Positions 22,621-35,184 of a DNA stretch of 51,525 nucleotides are shown here, in pieces. Origin of the DNA: Octopus bimaculoides (lineage: Eukaryota); the NCBI RefSeq assembly GCF_001194135.2, contig NC_068987.1, positions 48,107,443 through 48,158,967 on the forward strand. The letters run 5' to 3'. The notes below the pieces were generated by a model. That model did not search any database. It saw only the letters and a list, made by a program, of their open reading frames with translations, and was not told the origin of the DNA. The position numbers and the translations under genes were made by a program. The number at the start of each line of letters is the position of its first letter. The first letter of the stretch is position 1.

Positions 22621-25075
22621 ACTCTTGATGTCATTTTGTTGAAGTATGAATCCATCTGAGAACATATTTATTAAATTAAATTCTATTTAATCTTTGTGTG
22701 TGCGCAAGGTATGCATCACCTCTCCGATGCCTTTTTTTCTCTTATACACATTCTTATATAATTGAGTATCCATGTTTGAACAAACCTGCAATTGGTGAAC
22801 CCAAAGTCAAAACAAAACACTCATGCTTCTAAATTTAACAGCTATGAACCAGCCTACAATTGGTGAGCAGAAAACTTTCAAACTAAAAGTCATTTTGGTG
22901 TTAAAACAGTATCTTCATTCAGTAATATTTCTTACATGCTTCTACAGCTTTGGTTATAACAATTACAAAATTTTCAGGCTGTGTTCAAACATACTAGTCA
23001 CTACACCAATTTTAGTGAGATGATTAACCATATATTCTTCAAAGACTATTCACTGTGTGTGTGGTAGGTTATGTGTGTAGTCAATGATCACACTAAAGTA
23101 TAATTGAGTTTTCAAATATCTTATTAACCTCCATCATTATATTTACAAATGTACATCCAATAAATTGATAGAACAATGTTAAAAAATAACAGGAATATTT
23201 TGTATACAATTTGCTGTATATTGTGAAAGTAGTGCAAGCAACTTCAATATAATTAATGTGTGTTACGTGACATTAAAAACTGGTGCCAATTGTCAAGTAA
23301 GATATAAGCATGTTATATATAAAAAAATTGTAACAAGGAGGGAGAACAACTTTTTCTCAACTATCACTAATGCCTTTCTTCTCTCTCTCCTGTTCCTTAC
23401 CATGCTCCCTATCCTCTTACCATTCCCTCTTCCCAGGATCATGGCCAGCTCACTCTGTTTTCCCTTGGTTATAGGACCTACATTAAGGACTTAGCTTTGC
23501 AAGGCAATCATCATTAGTCCTGGGACCATGAAAAGACTGAGTACACTCTGTAAAGTAGTTGGTATTGAGAAGGGCATCCAGCTACAGAAACCTTGCCAAA
23601 GAAGGTATTGTTGGAGGTATCCTCCAATGCAGACCATGTCAAACTGTTCAACCCTTGCTGGCATGCAAACCAGATGTTAAAGATGGTGGTAACAACATAC
23701 ACAGACAGGAATATAGACACAATGAAGCCTAGTTATGCAGCTAAGTTATACAAACACACACACATCATTTCAACTTCTCTCTCTATACTTGCATGAACCG
23801 GATGGAATTCATTAAGGCAGATTTTTTTTTTCCTTCAGCAGAATACTTTCCCTGTTGCTAGTCCTCACCTGTTTCCAAGCAAGTTGTTTCAATGGTCAAA
23901 TGGGTTTTCAGGGAAGACAGGAAACAGATGACATTGCTTCTATGATGGTAACTCATTCACAACTATTGCACAATATCAAAACAAAGAGACATACATTACA
24001 TATTTGAAAGGACATAAAATGAACATTTTGAGGAAAATGTCTTTCACCTTTCCTCCTATTTTTACTTATGTTTCCCTCTTAATTGTACAAAATTCTATAA
24101 AATCCAAATTTTGAAAGAACGCTTGCCATAATTACACTTTGTTGTTTAACAATTTGCCCTGTCCCTACATATGTTAGACATAAACAAAAATGGTTTAAAT
24201 ATAAAAACTAAGCATTTATTTTCCTCCCTTTTTCAAGGCTACAGTTGTAAATTTTTTAGTAGATATGTTTCTTTTGGTCGTAGTTTAAACAAAAGATTAA
24301 GCTTCTTGTAACTAATTTTTAAATGTGTGACCTGCATTTGCAATGATTAAATCATGAACAATTTTTTAAATCTGTTTGTTTGTTTTTGTCAGACCCACCC
24401 AAACACAGTCATTTTTAATTGCACTTAGACAATGTATAAAATCATCACAATGAAAAATATACAGGAAAAAGTTATCTATAAACAAAATCTGGGGTCTTTA
24501 TATATCAATGAACCCTAATATATATGAATGTATTCTCTTCATATCAAATTCAATATATAAAAAATATCACAGCATTCCCATTCAAAACATTGAGAAAAAA
24601 TATATATTGATTTACTTCTCAGCAGAATAAGAGACAAATTTAAGATGGTTATAAATGCTTGTAATTTGTCCAACACCATTGCAAAGAAGATAGAGGATTG
24701 AACAGATGCAAATTGTTTGTGTTCTCATTGAGATGAGGTGTTCGATGACATTTTGAAGCAGTAGGGGTACTACTGTGATAATATGTGTCTTGAGCATTTT
24801 TAGACTGAGTGTAACCAAAGCACATTTCTTTCACAAGAAAGACTGAGAGAGAAGAATTGAGCCCAGTACAGGACCTTGGTGAGATTTGAACTCCAAACAA
24901 TTATGGCAACGCAATCTATTCAATGTTCTAGTGACTCTGCCAACTGGCGACCTAACAGTACCGATTAGTATTATTGGTCAGAGCTTGAATGCTTTTACTG
25001 ATAACAATTTGAAAAAGAACATTCCTGATTCCTAAAAAATTAGATGGTTATGATTGGAAAGCCACAGTTACATTG

Positions 25076-25124
25076 AAAATTCTTAGAGCATGCGTATGAC
25101 CCATACGCATGCTCTAAGAATTTT
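25076..25124. repeat. Perfect 23-bp palindrome with a 3-nt loop
   Basis: AAAATTCTTAGAGCATGCGTATG-ACC-CATACGCATGCTCTAAGAATTTT. Confidence 0.95.
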
Positions 25125-26329
25125 TCCAGTACAAAAATCAAAATGAAATAGACAAATATTTGATTTGAAAATGTTGTACTTCAGACTGTGAAGACTAGAA
25201 TATTTGAGAAAGTTAACAATGACATTAGTAGGATTTGAACTCAGAATGGAAAAGAATATCTCTGAACACAAAAAATTATTTTAATCTGTCACTCAACTAA
25301 TTTTGCCACCTAAAAATGTTTTCAAACTTTAAATATAATTTTTTCTTTTTTAAAGCAAACTTTCTCTAGATATGAGACGATATAAAACTTTCAATGGAGA
25401 CTATATGAAAAACTTAGAAGTCCTGTTCTTCATTTGTTTTATACAAAACATCATGGTCCCTTGGCCGTGCTGTTTCATATTATAAAAGGGAAAACTGGAA
25501 ATAAAAAGTTAATAAAAAAAAAAAACTTCATAAAAATTTTAATTTTACAAGATTATGACTTAATTTTGATATTTTTCATTTCAAACCATTATATGAATAA
25601 CAGAACATGGAATTGTTAGTCTTGCAATAGCAACAAGATATGTCGTCATCATTCCAGTAGTTAGTGGTGGTGTTAGTAATAGTAGTAGTAGCAGCAATAA
25701 CTCCAGCAGCTACTACTGTTGCTGTCAATGAAATGTCTAACAAAAATTAACTGGAACAAACTTGACAGCAGTATCTTCAAGAATTTTCACATTCATTTTA
25801 AGAGTAGATTTTTATTTTTTATCTCATTCTCTTAATATCTTCTAAGTATTATATCTTTACAAAAAAGGCCATCTGATTTACATATTTCAAAGAAGAAGCT
25901 CAGAATTTACAAACAAAAATAATTTGTTTTTGAACTATGAACTGGTTATAGTTTAGGGATTTATAGCTGCTGTCCTTTTGAGGTGTGTCTGTTTATCAAT
26001 ATATATAAAAATACATTTTGGATATAAACGCATCCCATTTCTACTAGAAATATATTTATAAATATGTTTTGTATTTCTAATTGCGTTTACATCCCTAATA
26101 AACTGAAAAAAATGTCTTCTTGACTATCAGAAAGTGAAAGTCAATACTAGATAATATTTTAATAATACAGCAACTGCTACCACTGCTATTTCACACAATA
26201 TCCGTGTTGATTATCCATGTGATTAACATATTAATACATTTAGAAAGAAATGTATGAAGAGGGATTAATATAAAGATCTTCACCCGTTAACAAAAACAAA
26301 AAAAACAGCCAGCTATGTGTTTAAAACTA

Positions 26330-26450
26330 TGTAGAAAACGAATATGACAAAAAAAATTTGCGCAAACGAACCTAGGGGTGCAGTGGAGAGAGGACTTTCG
26401 GAAAATTCACAAGATCTCATTTTACCATCGTAACTTACGGGGAAAATGGA
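26330..26450 (+). repeat. Dispersed repeat, second copy at about 51345-51460
   Basis: Both copies share GAATATGACAAAAAAA(A)TT..GCAAACGAACCT.GGG...GACTTTCGGAAAATTCACAA. Confidence 0.8.
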
Positions 26451-26464
26451 TATATATACTCTTT

Positions 26465-26743
26465 ACTCTTTTACTTGTTTCAGTCATTTGACTGCGGCCA
26501 TGCTGGAGCACCGCCTTTAGTCAAGCAAATCGACCCCAGGACTTATTCTTTGTAAGCCTAGTACTTATTCTATCGGTCTCTTTTGCCGAACCACTAAGTT
26601 ACGGGAACGTAAACACACCAGCATCGGTTGTCAAGCGATGATGGGGGGACAAACACAGACACACACATACATATATGACGGGCTTCTTTCAGTTTCCGTC
26701 TACCAAATCCACTCACAAGGTTTTGGTCAGCCCAAGGCTATAG
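26465..26743 (-). mobile_element. tRNA-derived SINE tail and body, CpG-intact copy; head lost in the N gap
   Basis: Same family as 1130-1428 and 44430-44737. Confidence 0.85.
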
Positions 26744-27588
26744 ANNNNNNNNNNNNNNNNNNNNNNNNNNNNNNNNNNNNNNNNNNNNNNNNNNNNNNNN
26801 NNNNNNNNNNNNNNNNNNNNNNNNNNNNNNNNNNNNNNNNNNNNNNNNNNNNNNNNNNNNNNNNNNNNNNNNNNNNNNNNNNNNNNNNNNNNNNNNNNNN
26901 NNNNNNNNNNNNNNNNNNNNNNNNNNNNNNNNNNNNNNNNNNNNNNNNNNNNNNNNNNNNNNNNNNNNNNNNNNNNNNNNNNNNNNNNNNNNNNNNNNNN
27001 NNNNNNNNNNNNNNNNNNNNNNNNNNNNNNNNNNNNNNNNNNNNNNNNNNNNNNNNNNNNNNNNNNNNNNNNNNNNNNNNNNNNNNNNNNNNNNNNNNNN
27101 NNNNNNNNNNNNNNNNNNNNNNNNNNNNNNNNNNNNNNNNNNNNNNNNNNNNNNNNNNNNNNNNNNNNNNNNNNNNNNNNNNNNNNNNNNNNNNNNNNNN
27201 NNNNNNNNNNNNNNNNNNNNNNNNNNNNNNNNNNNNNNNNNNNNNNNNNNNNNNNNNNNNNNNNNNNNNNNNNNNNNNNNNNNNNNNNNNNNNNNNNNNN
27301 NNNNNNNNNNNNNNNNNNNNNNNNNNNNNNNNNNNNNNNNNNNNNNNNNNNNNNNNNNNNNNNNNNNNNNNNNNNNNNNNNNNNNNNNNNNNNNNNNNNN
27401 NNNNNNNNNNNNNNNNNNNNNNNNNNNNNNNNNNNNNNNNNNNNNNNNNNNNNNNNNNNNNNNNNNNNNNNNNNNNNNNNNNNNNNNNNNNNNNNNNNNN
27501 NNNNNNNNNNNNNNNNNNNNNNNNNNNNNNNNNNNNNNNNNNNNNNNNNNNNNNNNNNNNNNNNNNNNNNNNNNNNNNNNNNNNNNNC
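26744..27588. other. Assembly gap, the largest of seven (others near 4070, 5157, 11399, 29296, 35973, 37335)
   Basis: Runs of N, mostly adjacent to microsatellites or TE copies. Confidence 0.99.
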
Positions 27589-27958
27589 CGTACGCTATTT
27601 TTAAACGTGGAAATTACGCGAAATTTCTCGAAAAGAAAAGTGAAAACAAAACGTTGAGCGAGGTTAAATTCTCCCCCATCCTCCTCTTGTTGCACAATTG
27701 CAAATCATTATTGAAAAGAAAGGAATCTGAAGAGATCATTGAAAATAAAAATAAAGGATGAGGCGCGCCTGTCTAGACATTGCCGAATCATGTGATTCAC
27801 ACGATTCGGCAATGTATAAATATAAATTATACCGATAGATTTTAGACACTTTTTTTCTGAAACTGGTAAGATTATGTAGGGGGTGCAAATTTTGATCTTG
27901 CACCCCCTGAAAATTCTAGGGGGTGCAGATAGGTGCACCCCCTGTTCCCGGGCCCTTG
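27589..27958. mobile_element. One end of a hAT-like DNA transposon; the rest is hidden in the gap
   Basis: Four AGGGGGTGCA motifs in alternating orientation (27878-27943) ending in CCCGGGCCCTTG, plus an internal 18-bp hairpin at 27777-27815. Confidence 0.45.
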
Positions 27959-28789
27959 CGTATGAATATTTCTGGAGAACAGTAAACCTCGGTGTGATTT
28001 GAACTCAGAACAGAAGAAGACCAAACTAAACCGACAATCTAATATTTCCTGCTACTTCACCGACTTTCGCCACAATAATGAAATTAGACCCAAAGCTGAA
28101 AATAATAGCTTTTTATTTTCACAAGACAATAGCCAAACTCGAACTGTTCCTTCCTCCAATGGCTTCTATGTAAAGATATCGAACAAACTGAAATCTAAAC
28201 CGGATTGCGGATCTTAATTCAACAAAGTGCTTTGAAGGCAGTGAGAGCTTGAAAAGTATATTAAAGAAATAAGGTACTGCAGTTACAAGGTTCTTTTAGT
28301 CACCATTTGTTTGTGTTGCTATATGGTTGCACCTCCATCAAGGAAGTCATGAAACTGTGAATGCCCTGTCCTTTCACGTCGTGGGTCATCATTGACCAAC
28401 GACGTCACCTAAATTCATGTCAGCAATTCCTTATTTATTAATTTTCAATACAAATGAAATTTCCCTTCCTAACGTTATCAGATTTTAAGATTAAATAAAT
28501 CCGTGCGATGACTATATTTATCATCACAACATCATGGTTCCAATTATATATTTGGAAAGACTTCCGCCTCCTCCCCCACATTTTCTCCCAAATTTATTTT
28601 TGTAATTTTTTGCCAAAAATCCCCGTTTTCGAGGGGGGGGGGGGTCGAAAATTTATTTGAGGGTGGTTGAAGTCTTGCATATTTTTATAGTATTACAGTT
28701 ATTATTTATATACTCAGTATACTACCTAATATACGAGTAGCTTTTTTCTAAGGGATGTTTATACTCACATACACATAGATATATTTATT

Positions 28790-28954
28790 TATGGTGGGGC
28801 AAAATGAACCTCCTACATTTTACAGGTTGACAAACTTTTCAACAGCAAATACATAGTGTATGAACAATGAGGTAGCTGAAAAACCTGCGTAACTTTACTA
28901 GCTCCACTTAAATGGCCGTGTAAAAAAATATAGGAGGTTTTCCTGCCACACGTA
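28790..28954. mobile_element. Tc1/mariner-type MITE
   Basis: TA at both ends and imperfect TIRs of about 35 bp sharing AACCTCCTAYATTTT. Confidence 0.6.
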
Positions 28955-30328
28955 AACATAGAAACAAGCTAACAGTCACCCAGTTTTCAAATGAATCATT
29001 ATTTTACATTAGTGACAAATACTAAGTGAGTTAATTACTGTTTTAGGTTATGCTTTGTACACATAAAACACCACACCTTAGAATTCTTGAAACATTCGAA
29101 TATTCCACAGGTATTGTGTAAATAATACCTTACTAGTCAAGGAAGAACCTGTGATTACATATGCTAAATCTGACTTGATTACCATTTTATATATTTTATA
29201 AATTTCAGAATTTTTGTAAACATTCGGGATTGTAGTGTATAGTTTGTAATGTTGGTCCTCTCTAGAGGTTTTTACGTGAAGACGAGTAAATCGGANNNNN
29301 NNNNNNNNNNNNNNNNNNNNNNNNNNNNNNNNNNNNNNNNNNNNNNNNNNNNNNNNNNNNNNNNNNNNNNNNNNNNNNNNNNNNNNNNNNNNNNNNNNNN
29401 NNNNNNNNNNNNNNTTTAAGAATGTACTTTAAAGGTTCATGAGAAAAACTACCAACGCAAATGTATTTGGGAGAGGTTTGCAAAAATTTGTTAGAAAAGT
29501 ATAGAATAAACTTCCTCAAATGAAAGTGCTCATATTCAAAAAATTATAAATAAATTATATACAATCAAAAATTATTTAAAAATTACAGATACGGCTCATG
29601 TTACAGTGAAAACACTAAATCTCTTACCTTTAAAAAAAAAGCTACTAAAATCATCCCATGTTTTTAAATGTATGAATAAGAATTCGCAATAAAGTTTATA
29701 AAGTTTTAAAACTTCCTTTTATACTGCGTATAATTTAGGACGTGGGGAATTCCCGTTGGCCACATCGAGGTTACTTCAGTTATGTTATAATAACTTGGAA
29801 GAAAAATACTATAGAAACCATGTTAAAGAAACAAATATATAAAGCGAGGGGAAAGATTGATTTTAAGTCATCTTTCTCACTTGACAGATTCTTTTTATCT
29901 GAAAATGAAAACGGAGCCGGGGTGGACTTGAACTCGGACACAGATGCAATCGAAATACTGCCGCTCTAACAGCTCGGCCAATCTACTGCATTATAAATGC
30001 TCAGTTCACTTTTCACTTAACCTTGGATCTTTGTGGTTATCGTCACTGTCTACGATTTTGTTCCAATTGTTTTCAAATTTGGTGTATGGATTAAGTTTTA
30101 TATACTAATTATGAAAATGAAGTTCAATTTTCCTATAAATTCACAATTAAAAAGTTATTAGCCTTTATAATTTGGGTATTTTAGCCAATCAGAAGCGAGT
30201 ATTTTATACATAACCGTGAAGTTTTGTTAGCACATTAAGCGAAGGAACACCATGTTTTCCATAGCTGATTACGAACTGTTTCTATAGTAACCAAAATGCT
30301 GCATGCGCACAAGAAGCGTAACCCCCAA

Positions 30329-30469
30329 ATTGAGAGAACCTGGGCATTTTTAAAGCGTGGAAAGAAACGTCGGTGTGGGACACACCGTTCCATGGGTGAC
30401 TCTTATCTTTGTGAACTTGTGTGGAGGAGATACGAGAAAGAAACGTTCGTTCTTGAATTTTTTAACTAA
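30329..30469 (+). mobile_element. Merlin (IS1595/ISXO2-like) transposase C-terminal fragment
   Basis: IERTWAFLKRGKKRRCGTHRSMGDSYLCELVWRR fits the Merlin IE-x2-W...G...SYL-x-E-x2-WR signature. Confidence 0.7.
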
Positions 30470-31284
30470 TAAATACCTGTTTCAAGCAATGTTGTGACTG
30501 TTATTTCTAGCAACTACTGTTGATTTGCTCGTAGCTTTTAAATGTAACATTTTCGTAAAAAAATTCTGGAATAAATGAATAACAAATTCGGATTCAGCGT
30601 CAAAAATTACATCTATATGATACATTGAAGAAACTTTTTGAATATTTCGACATGCAATGACGATAACCACAATGATCCACCTTATCTATTAATCGGGGCT
30701 TATTTATTGTGAGGGAAGTTTATTTTAGAAGTAAAGTGTAGGTATACTGTAAAAGCAATAACACTGATTGAGAAAAAGTAAACACAAAATTAAGTTTAAT
30801 AAAGAATGAGAAATTAAAACAATAAAAACATCAAAACAGGTTTTTTAAGATTTAGATTGAACAAGATATAAGCGAATATGAAATGTTCAGATAGGATGTG
30901 ATGTAACAGAAAATAAAGTGCAAAAAGGTCAAGACAGTAGTGGGATATAACATCAGGAAAGAAAGAATGCCAGGAGATATTAGAGATATGGAATGGCTTA
31001 GAACAAAATCGTCAAACGAATGGACTGGAAGAAACAAATATATGGAGTAGAGGACTTTCTATATTATTATGCATGAAGCGTCATCTGTATCATCATTATT
31101 TTATGTCTGTTTTCCATGCCGGAATGGATTGTATGGGTCATCACAGTTCGAGTTAGGGATCTTTCTGATTTGGCGGACACCACTTGTTTTCTTAACGAAA
31201 CACTTTCAAACTTTGGACACTGGTAGAATGTGTCATATAAAACATCTTTTACTCTTAATGTTGTTGAGAAAAGTGTATATTTTA

Positions 31285-31866
31285 AAAGTTATTTCGTGTT
31301 AAAATTGTCGTATTTCGGTAATTTCAACCAATCACTGACGTCTATTGCGGTGAAAACAATTACTGCTGTGGATTGTAAACAACACGTTGTGGCGGTGTAA
31401 TGGGATCTTTTCCCTTGCATAAAATTAGTGCCGTTGTTTGTCAATAACAACTATAGGCGGTACTGTTATTTATGACATCGTTCGTGCGTTTGTACTGGTT
31501 TTAGCTTTAGGGGTTTTAGGGTTAGGGTTAGGGTTCTGAGTATTTTTGCCAAATTTGGTGAAAATCTGTCAATACACCGCCACAAATTCTTCACTAAATT
31601 TGTCAAAAAATACTCATAATCCTAACCCGAACCCTAGCCCTAAAGCTAAAACCAGTACAAATGTACGAACGATGTCATAAATAACAGTACTGCCGATAGT
31701 TGTTGTTGACAAACAACAGCACTAATTTTATTTAAGTGGAAAGATCCCATTACACCGTCACAACGTGTTGTTGACAATCCACAGCAGTAATTGTTTTCAC
31801 CTCAATAGACATCAATGATTGGTTGAAATTACTGAAATACGACAACTTTTAACATGAAATAACTTT
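31285..31866. mobile_element. Palindromic MITE of about 580 bp with TTAGGG/CCCTAA tracts near the centre
   Basis: Arms of about 275 bp (31285-31562 and 31590-31866) with a spacer of about 27 bp. Telomere-like repeats at 31506-31533 and 31621-31644. Confidence 0.9.
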
Positions 31867-32035
31867 GAACATAAAATTTTTTCTCTGTTCTATAAGAACA
31901 GTATACGAAGTTTTAAAGTGTTTCAGTAGAAAACACACTAAATAAACACTAAATAAAAAATGGTATCCGCTAAATTAGAAAGATCCTGAGTTAGTTCTTA
32001 TTCAAAGCAACTGTTCTCCTACGTATAGTCAAAGG

Positions 32036-32251
32036 GGTGATCTTACGTTACCAGTTCCAAAGCTGTCACTTATATCACGTGTGTTTATTTACATCACATC
32101 GACCTTTTCCGTAAAAGGGTTTTAGGGTTAGGGTTAGGGAATTCCATCCCTAACCCTAACCCTAAAACCCTTTTATGAAAAAGGCCGATGTGATGTAAAT
32201 AAACACACGTGGTTTAAATGACAGCTTTGGAACTGGTAATGTAAGATCGCT
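32036..32251. mobile_element. Palindromic MITE of 216 bp with central TTAGGG/CCCTAA arrays and an 8-bp TSD
   Basis: Direct repeat GTCAAAGG at 32028-32035 and 32252-32259. Arms of about 100 bp. Centre reads TTTTAGGG-TTAGGG-TTAGGG-AATTCCAT-CCCTAA-CCCTAA-CCCTAAAA. Confidence 0.9.
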
Positions 32252-35184
32252 GTCAAAGGAACATGTCCCAGTCGTACATTTTATATTGGCAGATTTTCTA
32301 CGGCTTGATACACTTCATAACATCAACGACTTTTACAGAGTGTAGTGAGTGTATTTTATTCGTGTACCAGCACCAGTGAAATTGTAATGTCTTGAAGTGC
32401 TATCTTAAGGTATGGGCACACTGGGTAGTTGCCTGAGGGCCTCACTCTTCTAGGAGTCAAATTCTGATCTTTGTATGTTGTGGTTTGCTGTCAATAAATA
32501 AATACTACAGAAAACTGAGTACGCTGATTTGCCAGGGTCCTATAATGCTGCTAAGATGACTGTGCCTGAATAAGACAAGACTAAAAAGGTCCTTTTGATC
32601 CTATGATATCCCTGCTCATTTGCTAAACATTTTACACAGCGTACTGGGTACATTTTATTATGGAATCAGCACCTGTGTGGTTGCTCTTCTACACAAGATA
32701 GAAGGGAATCCTCATTGCTCTATGTTGTCCCTATTTGTTCATGACATAACTGAAGAGAGGGAAATTGCAAAATATGAACTTGGGCGATAGGGAAAAGATG
32801 GAATACGATGACGAGAATAAAATGTTCCGCGAAATAGTGTAGAAAGGGGAGAAACGAGAGTAACGGTGCTAGAGGAGTGAGGGAGAAGAAACAGAGTGTA
32901 ATAAAAAATAAAATAAAAAACTGATGGCTACTCGCAGACATGGTCAGTGTTAAGAGTTAGTAAGAAGTAACCTGAGAGGGGAGGGGTGACAGCAAGCAGT
33001 ATGGAAAATGGGTGGCATTGTAAATGGGTAATGAGAACAAATGGAGATGCTGAAACAGCAATAATAAGGGGGTGATAGCTGTTAACAGAGTGACCTGAAG
33101 GAGAGGAAGTGATGACAGAAGTAGCCTAGAGCATAGGAATTGATGACAGGTAGTAAACAAGGGTAAATAGGGTGGTATATCTGATACCAAATCTTAGTTA
33201 TTTTTTTCCTTCTAATATAATTCCATTTACATCTAGGAAGTATTGTAGGAATATTAAACTGAGTCAGTACATTAAAGGCTGCAAGTAGATAGTGCAGAGA
33301 ATTTTGCCAGACATATTAGCATTTCTGTTCAATTGTATTTAAGATGTTCATTCGGGTGGAGTGACCAAGAATTTATATTTTGTTGTGAATTGGGGTTTAT
33401 AAAAAGGTGTATAAAGAACTTTGTGGTTAAATATTTATTTCAGGCTTTGCAACGCAATTGAAAATTTTTTAAAATTGCTATTTTTAGTCAAATTTTGGAT
33501 TTCATGGATTGTAAGTCATAATGAATACATATTTCTACATAGCAGAATGCAAAACAGTAAATACAGTATCCTTAAGAGGTTGCATACCAAGTTTCAATTC
33601 AATTGACTAATATTTTCTGGTTCAGCATTGACTATAAAGCGAACAAGAGTATGAACGGTCGTTGCGTGTAGACGTACGTCATACCTCTTCAGTCTCCATC
33701 TACCAAATTTACACTTGTTCAAGATGCTGCACAGTAGGACTGAACTCAGAACCATTTTGTTGGGAAGTGAACCTCTTAACTTCACTGCCATGCTTGTGCC
33801 TAGCTGTATTTCAAAGAAGTACCACTTAATAAAATCAGCTTTAGTACATGGCTGTGCTATTATTGAGACAATTATTCCAGTACATGTTGCAACATATTTT
33901 TGCATGTGAAGAGCAGGAATAATGACACTGAGTTGCTACAGAGCTTTTAGACAAAAATAAAATGAATTTTTTTTAATGATTCCTTTAATTTTATTAGTAC
34001 AAATTAGCTAAAATTCTGTAGGATTCTCATTCTAAGACAAATTTTACTAGGGTGCATCATGCAAATGTAACGAGGGACTGTGTTAGATCTGATACACCCA
34101 CTCCATCACCCTTCTGGACTACAAGCAATCACTTGTTATTGATAACTAACACTCTCTCTTACTATTGCCCATCTGCACAATAATCCATGACTTGCTCTCT
34201 CTCTCTCACTCCAGCAAACATTATTATCTCTTTCTCATTATTCTTTTTAGCATCACTTCTTCCATTTCTTTTATAAACACATACACTACTAGCATGTCCT
34301 TCAAATCAAGCTATTGCTTCTCCCTCTCTTCTTAATCTATCTTTAGTCATCACCTTCCATTTCTTTGATCATGTTGCCCTGAACACAGACTACTGACAGT
34401 CATGAGGACTTTTCAGGTCTGTCTCCTATGATTATGTTCTTTCATCCATTATTGTTTTCAGTTTTTTTCACAGCTCTGACATTCATAAACTAGATGTGGC
34501 ATTTTCAGGCTTACAGTAATGAAGACTTCAAAGCATATTTTTCCATTCAGCCATATCCAATAATTACTACATTTACAAAATTTACATTTTGATATGAAAC
34601 CACAATAAGAACATTAAAATTAATTGGCAGTCATAAGATTATAATGATGTATAAATACTAATAACGATGGTTTCAAATTTTATCACTGGGAAAAGTCAAG
34701 TACATATTTTATCACCCAAGAAAGATGAAAGGAAAAGTCAACTTCAGTGGAATTTGAACTCAGCATGCCAATGAATCAGTCAGCTCACCACCTTAATAAT
34801 AATAATAACGATTTCAAATTTTGGCACATGACCAGCAAATTTAGGAAAGTGGGTAAGTTGATTATATCAACCCTAGTCCACAACTGGTACTTATTTTATT
34901 GAACCTCAAAAGGGATGAAAGGCAAAGCCAACTTCTGTGGAATTTGAATTTAGAACATAGACATGAAATGCTGCTGAGCATTTTGTCCAGCATGTCAACA
35001 ATTCTGCCAGACCACCTTAATAATAATTGTATATCATATAAATCCATTTCAGCTGAGTTTACTAATTGGTTTTGTACTGTAAAATAGATCTATAATAGTC
35101 TTTACTTTAACATACCCACCCACTCTATTGACAACATATGAATGCATATTTTTTCAGATATGGATTCTTAAACAATTATATCTA

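Noticed and set aside
22612-22708. + strand segment with strong acceptor and donor
   Set aside because: Stops in all three frames. At best a non-coding exon, and unsupported.
26638-27695. Long ORFs of 250-340 aa here and at 35756-36788
   Set aside because: They are open only because they span N gaps.
32117-32170. Ancient telomere-telomere chromosome fusion site
   Set aside because: The arrays are only about 3 units long and sit inside a TSD-flanked palindromic element, so a mobile-element origin explains them better.
32700-33190. Purine-rich tract as a novel gene (similar tract at 46000-46460)
   Set aside because: No consistent frame or splice signals. Probably highly decayed retroelement sequence that I cannot classify.
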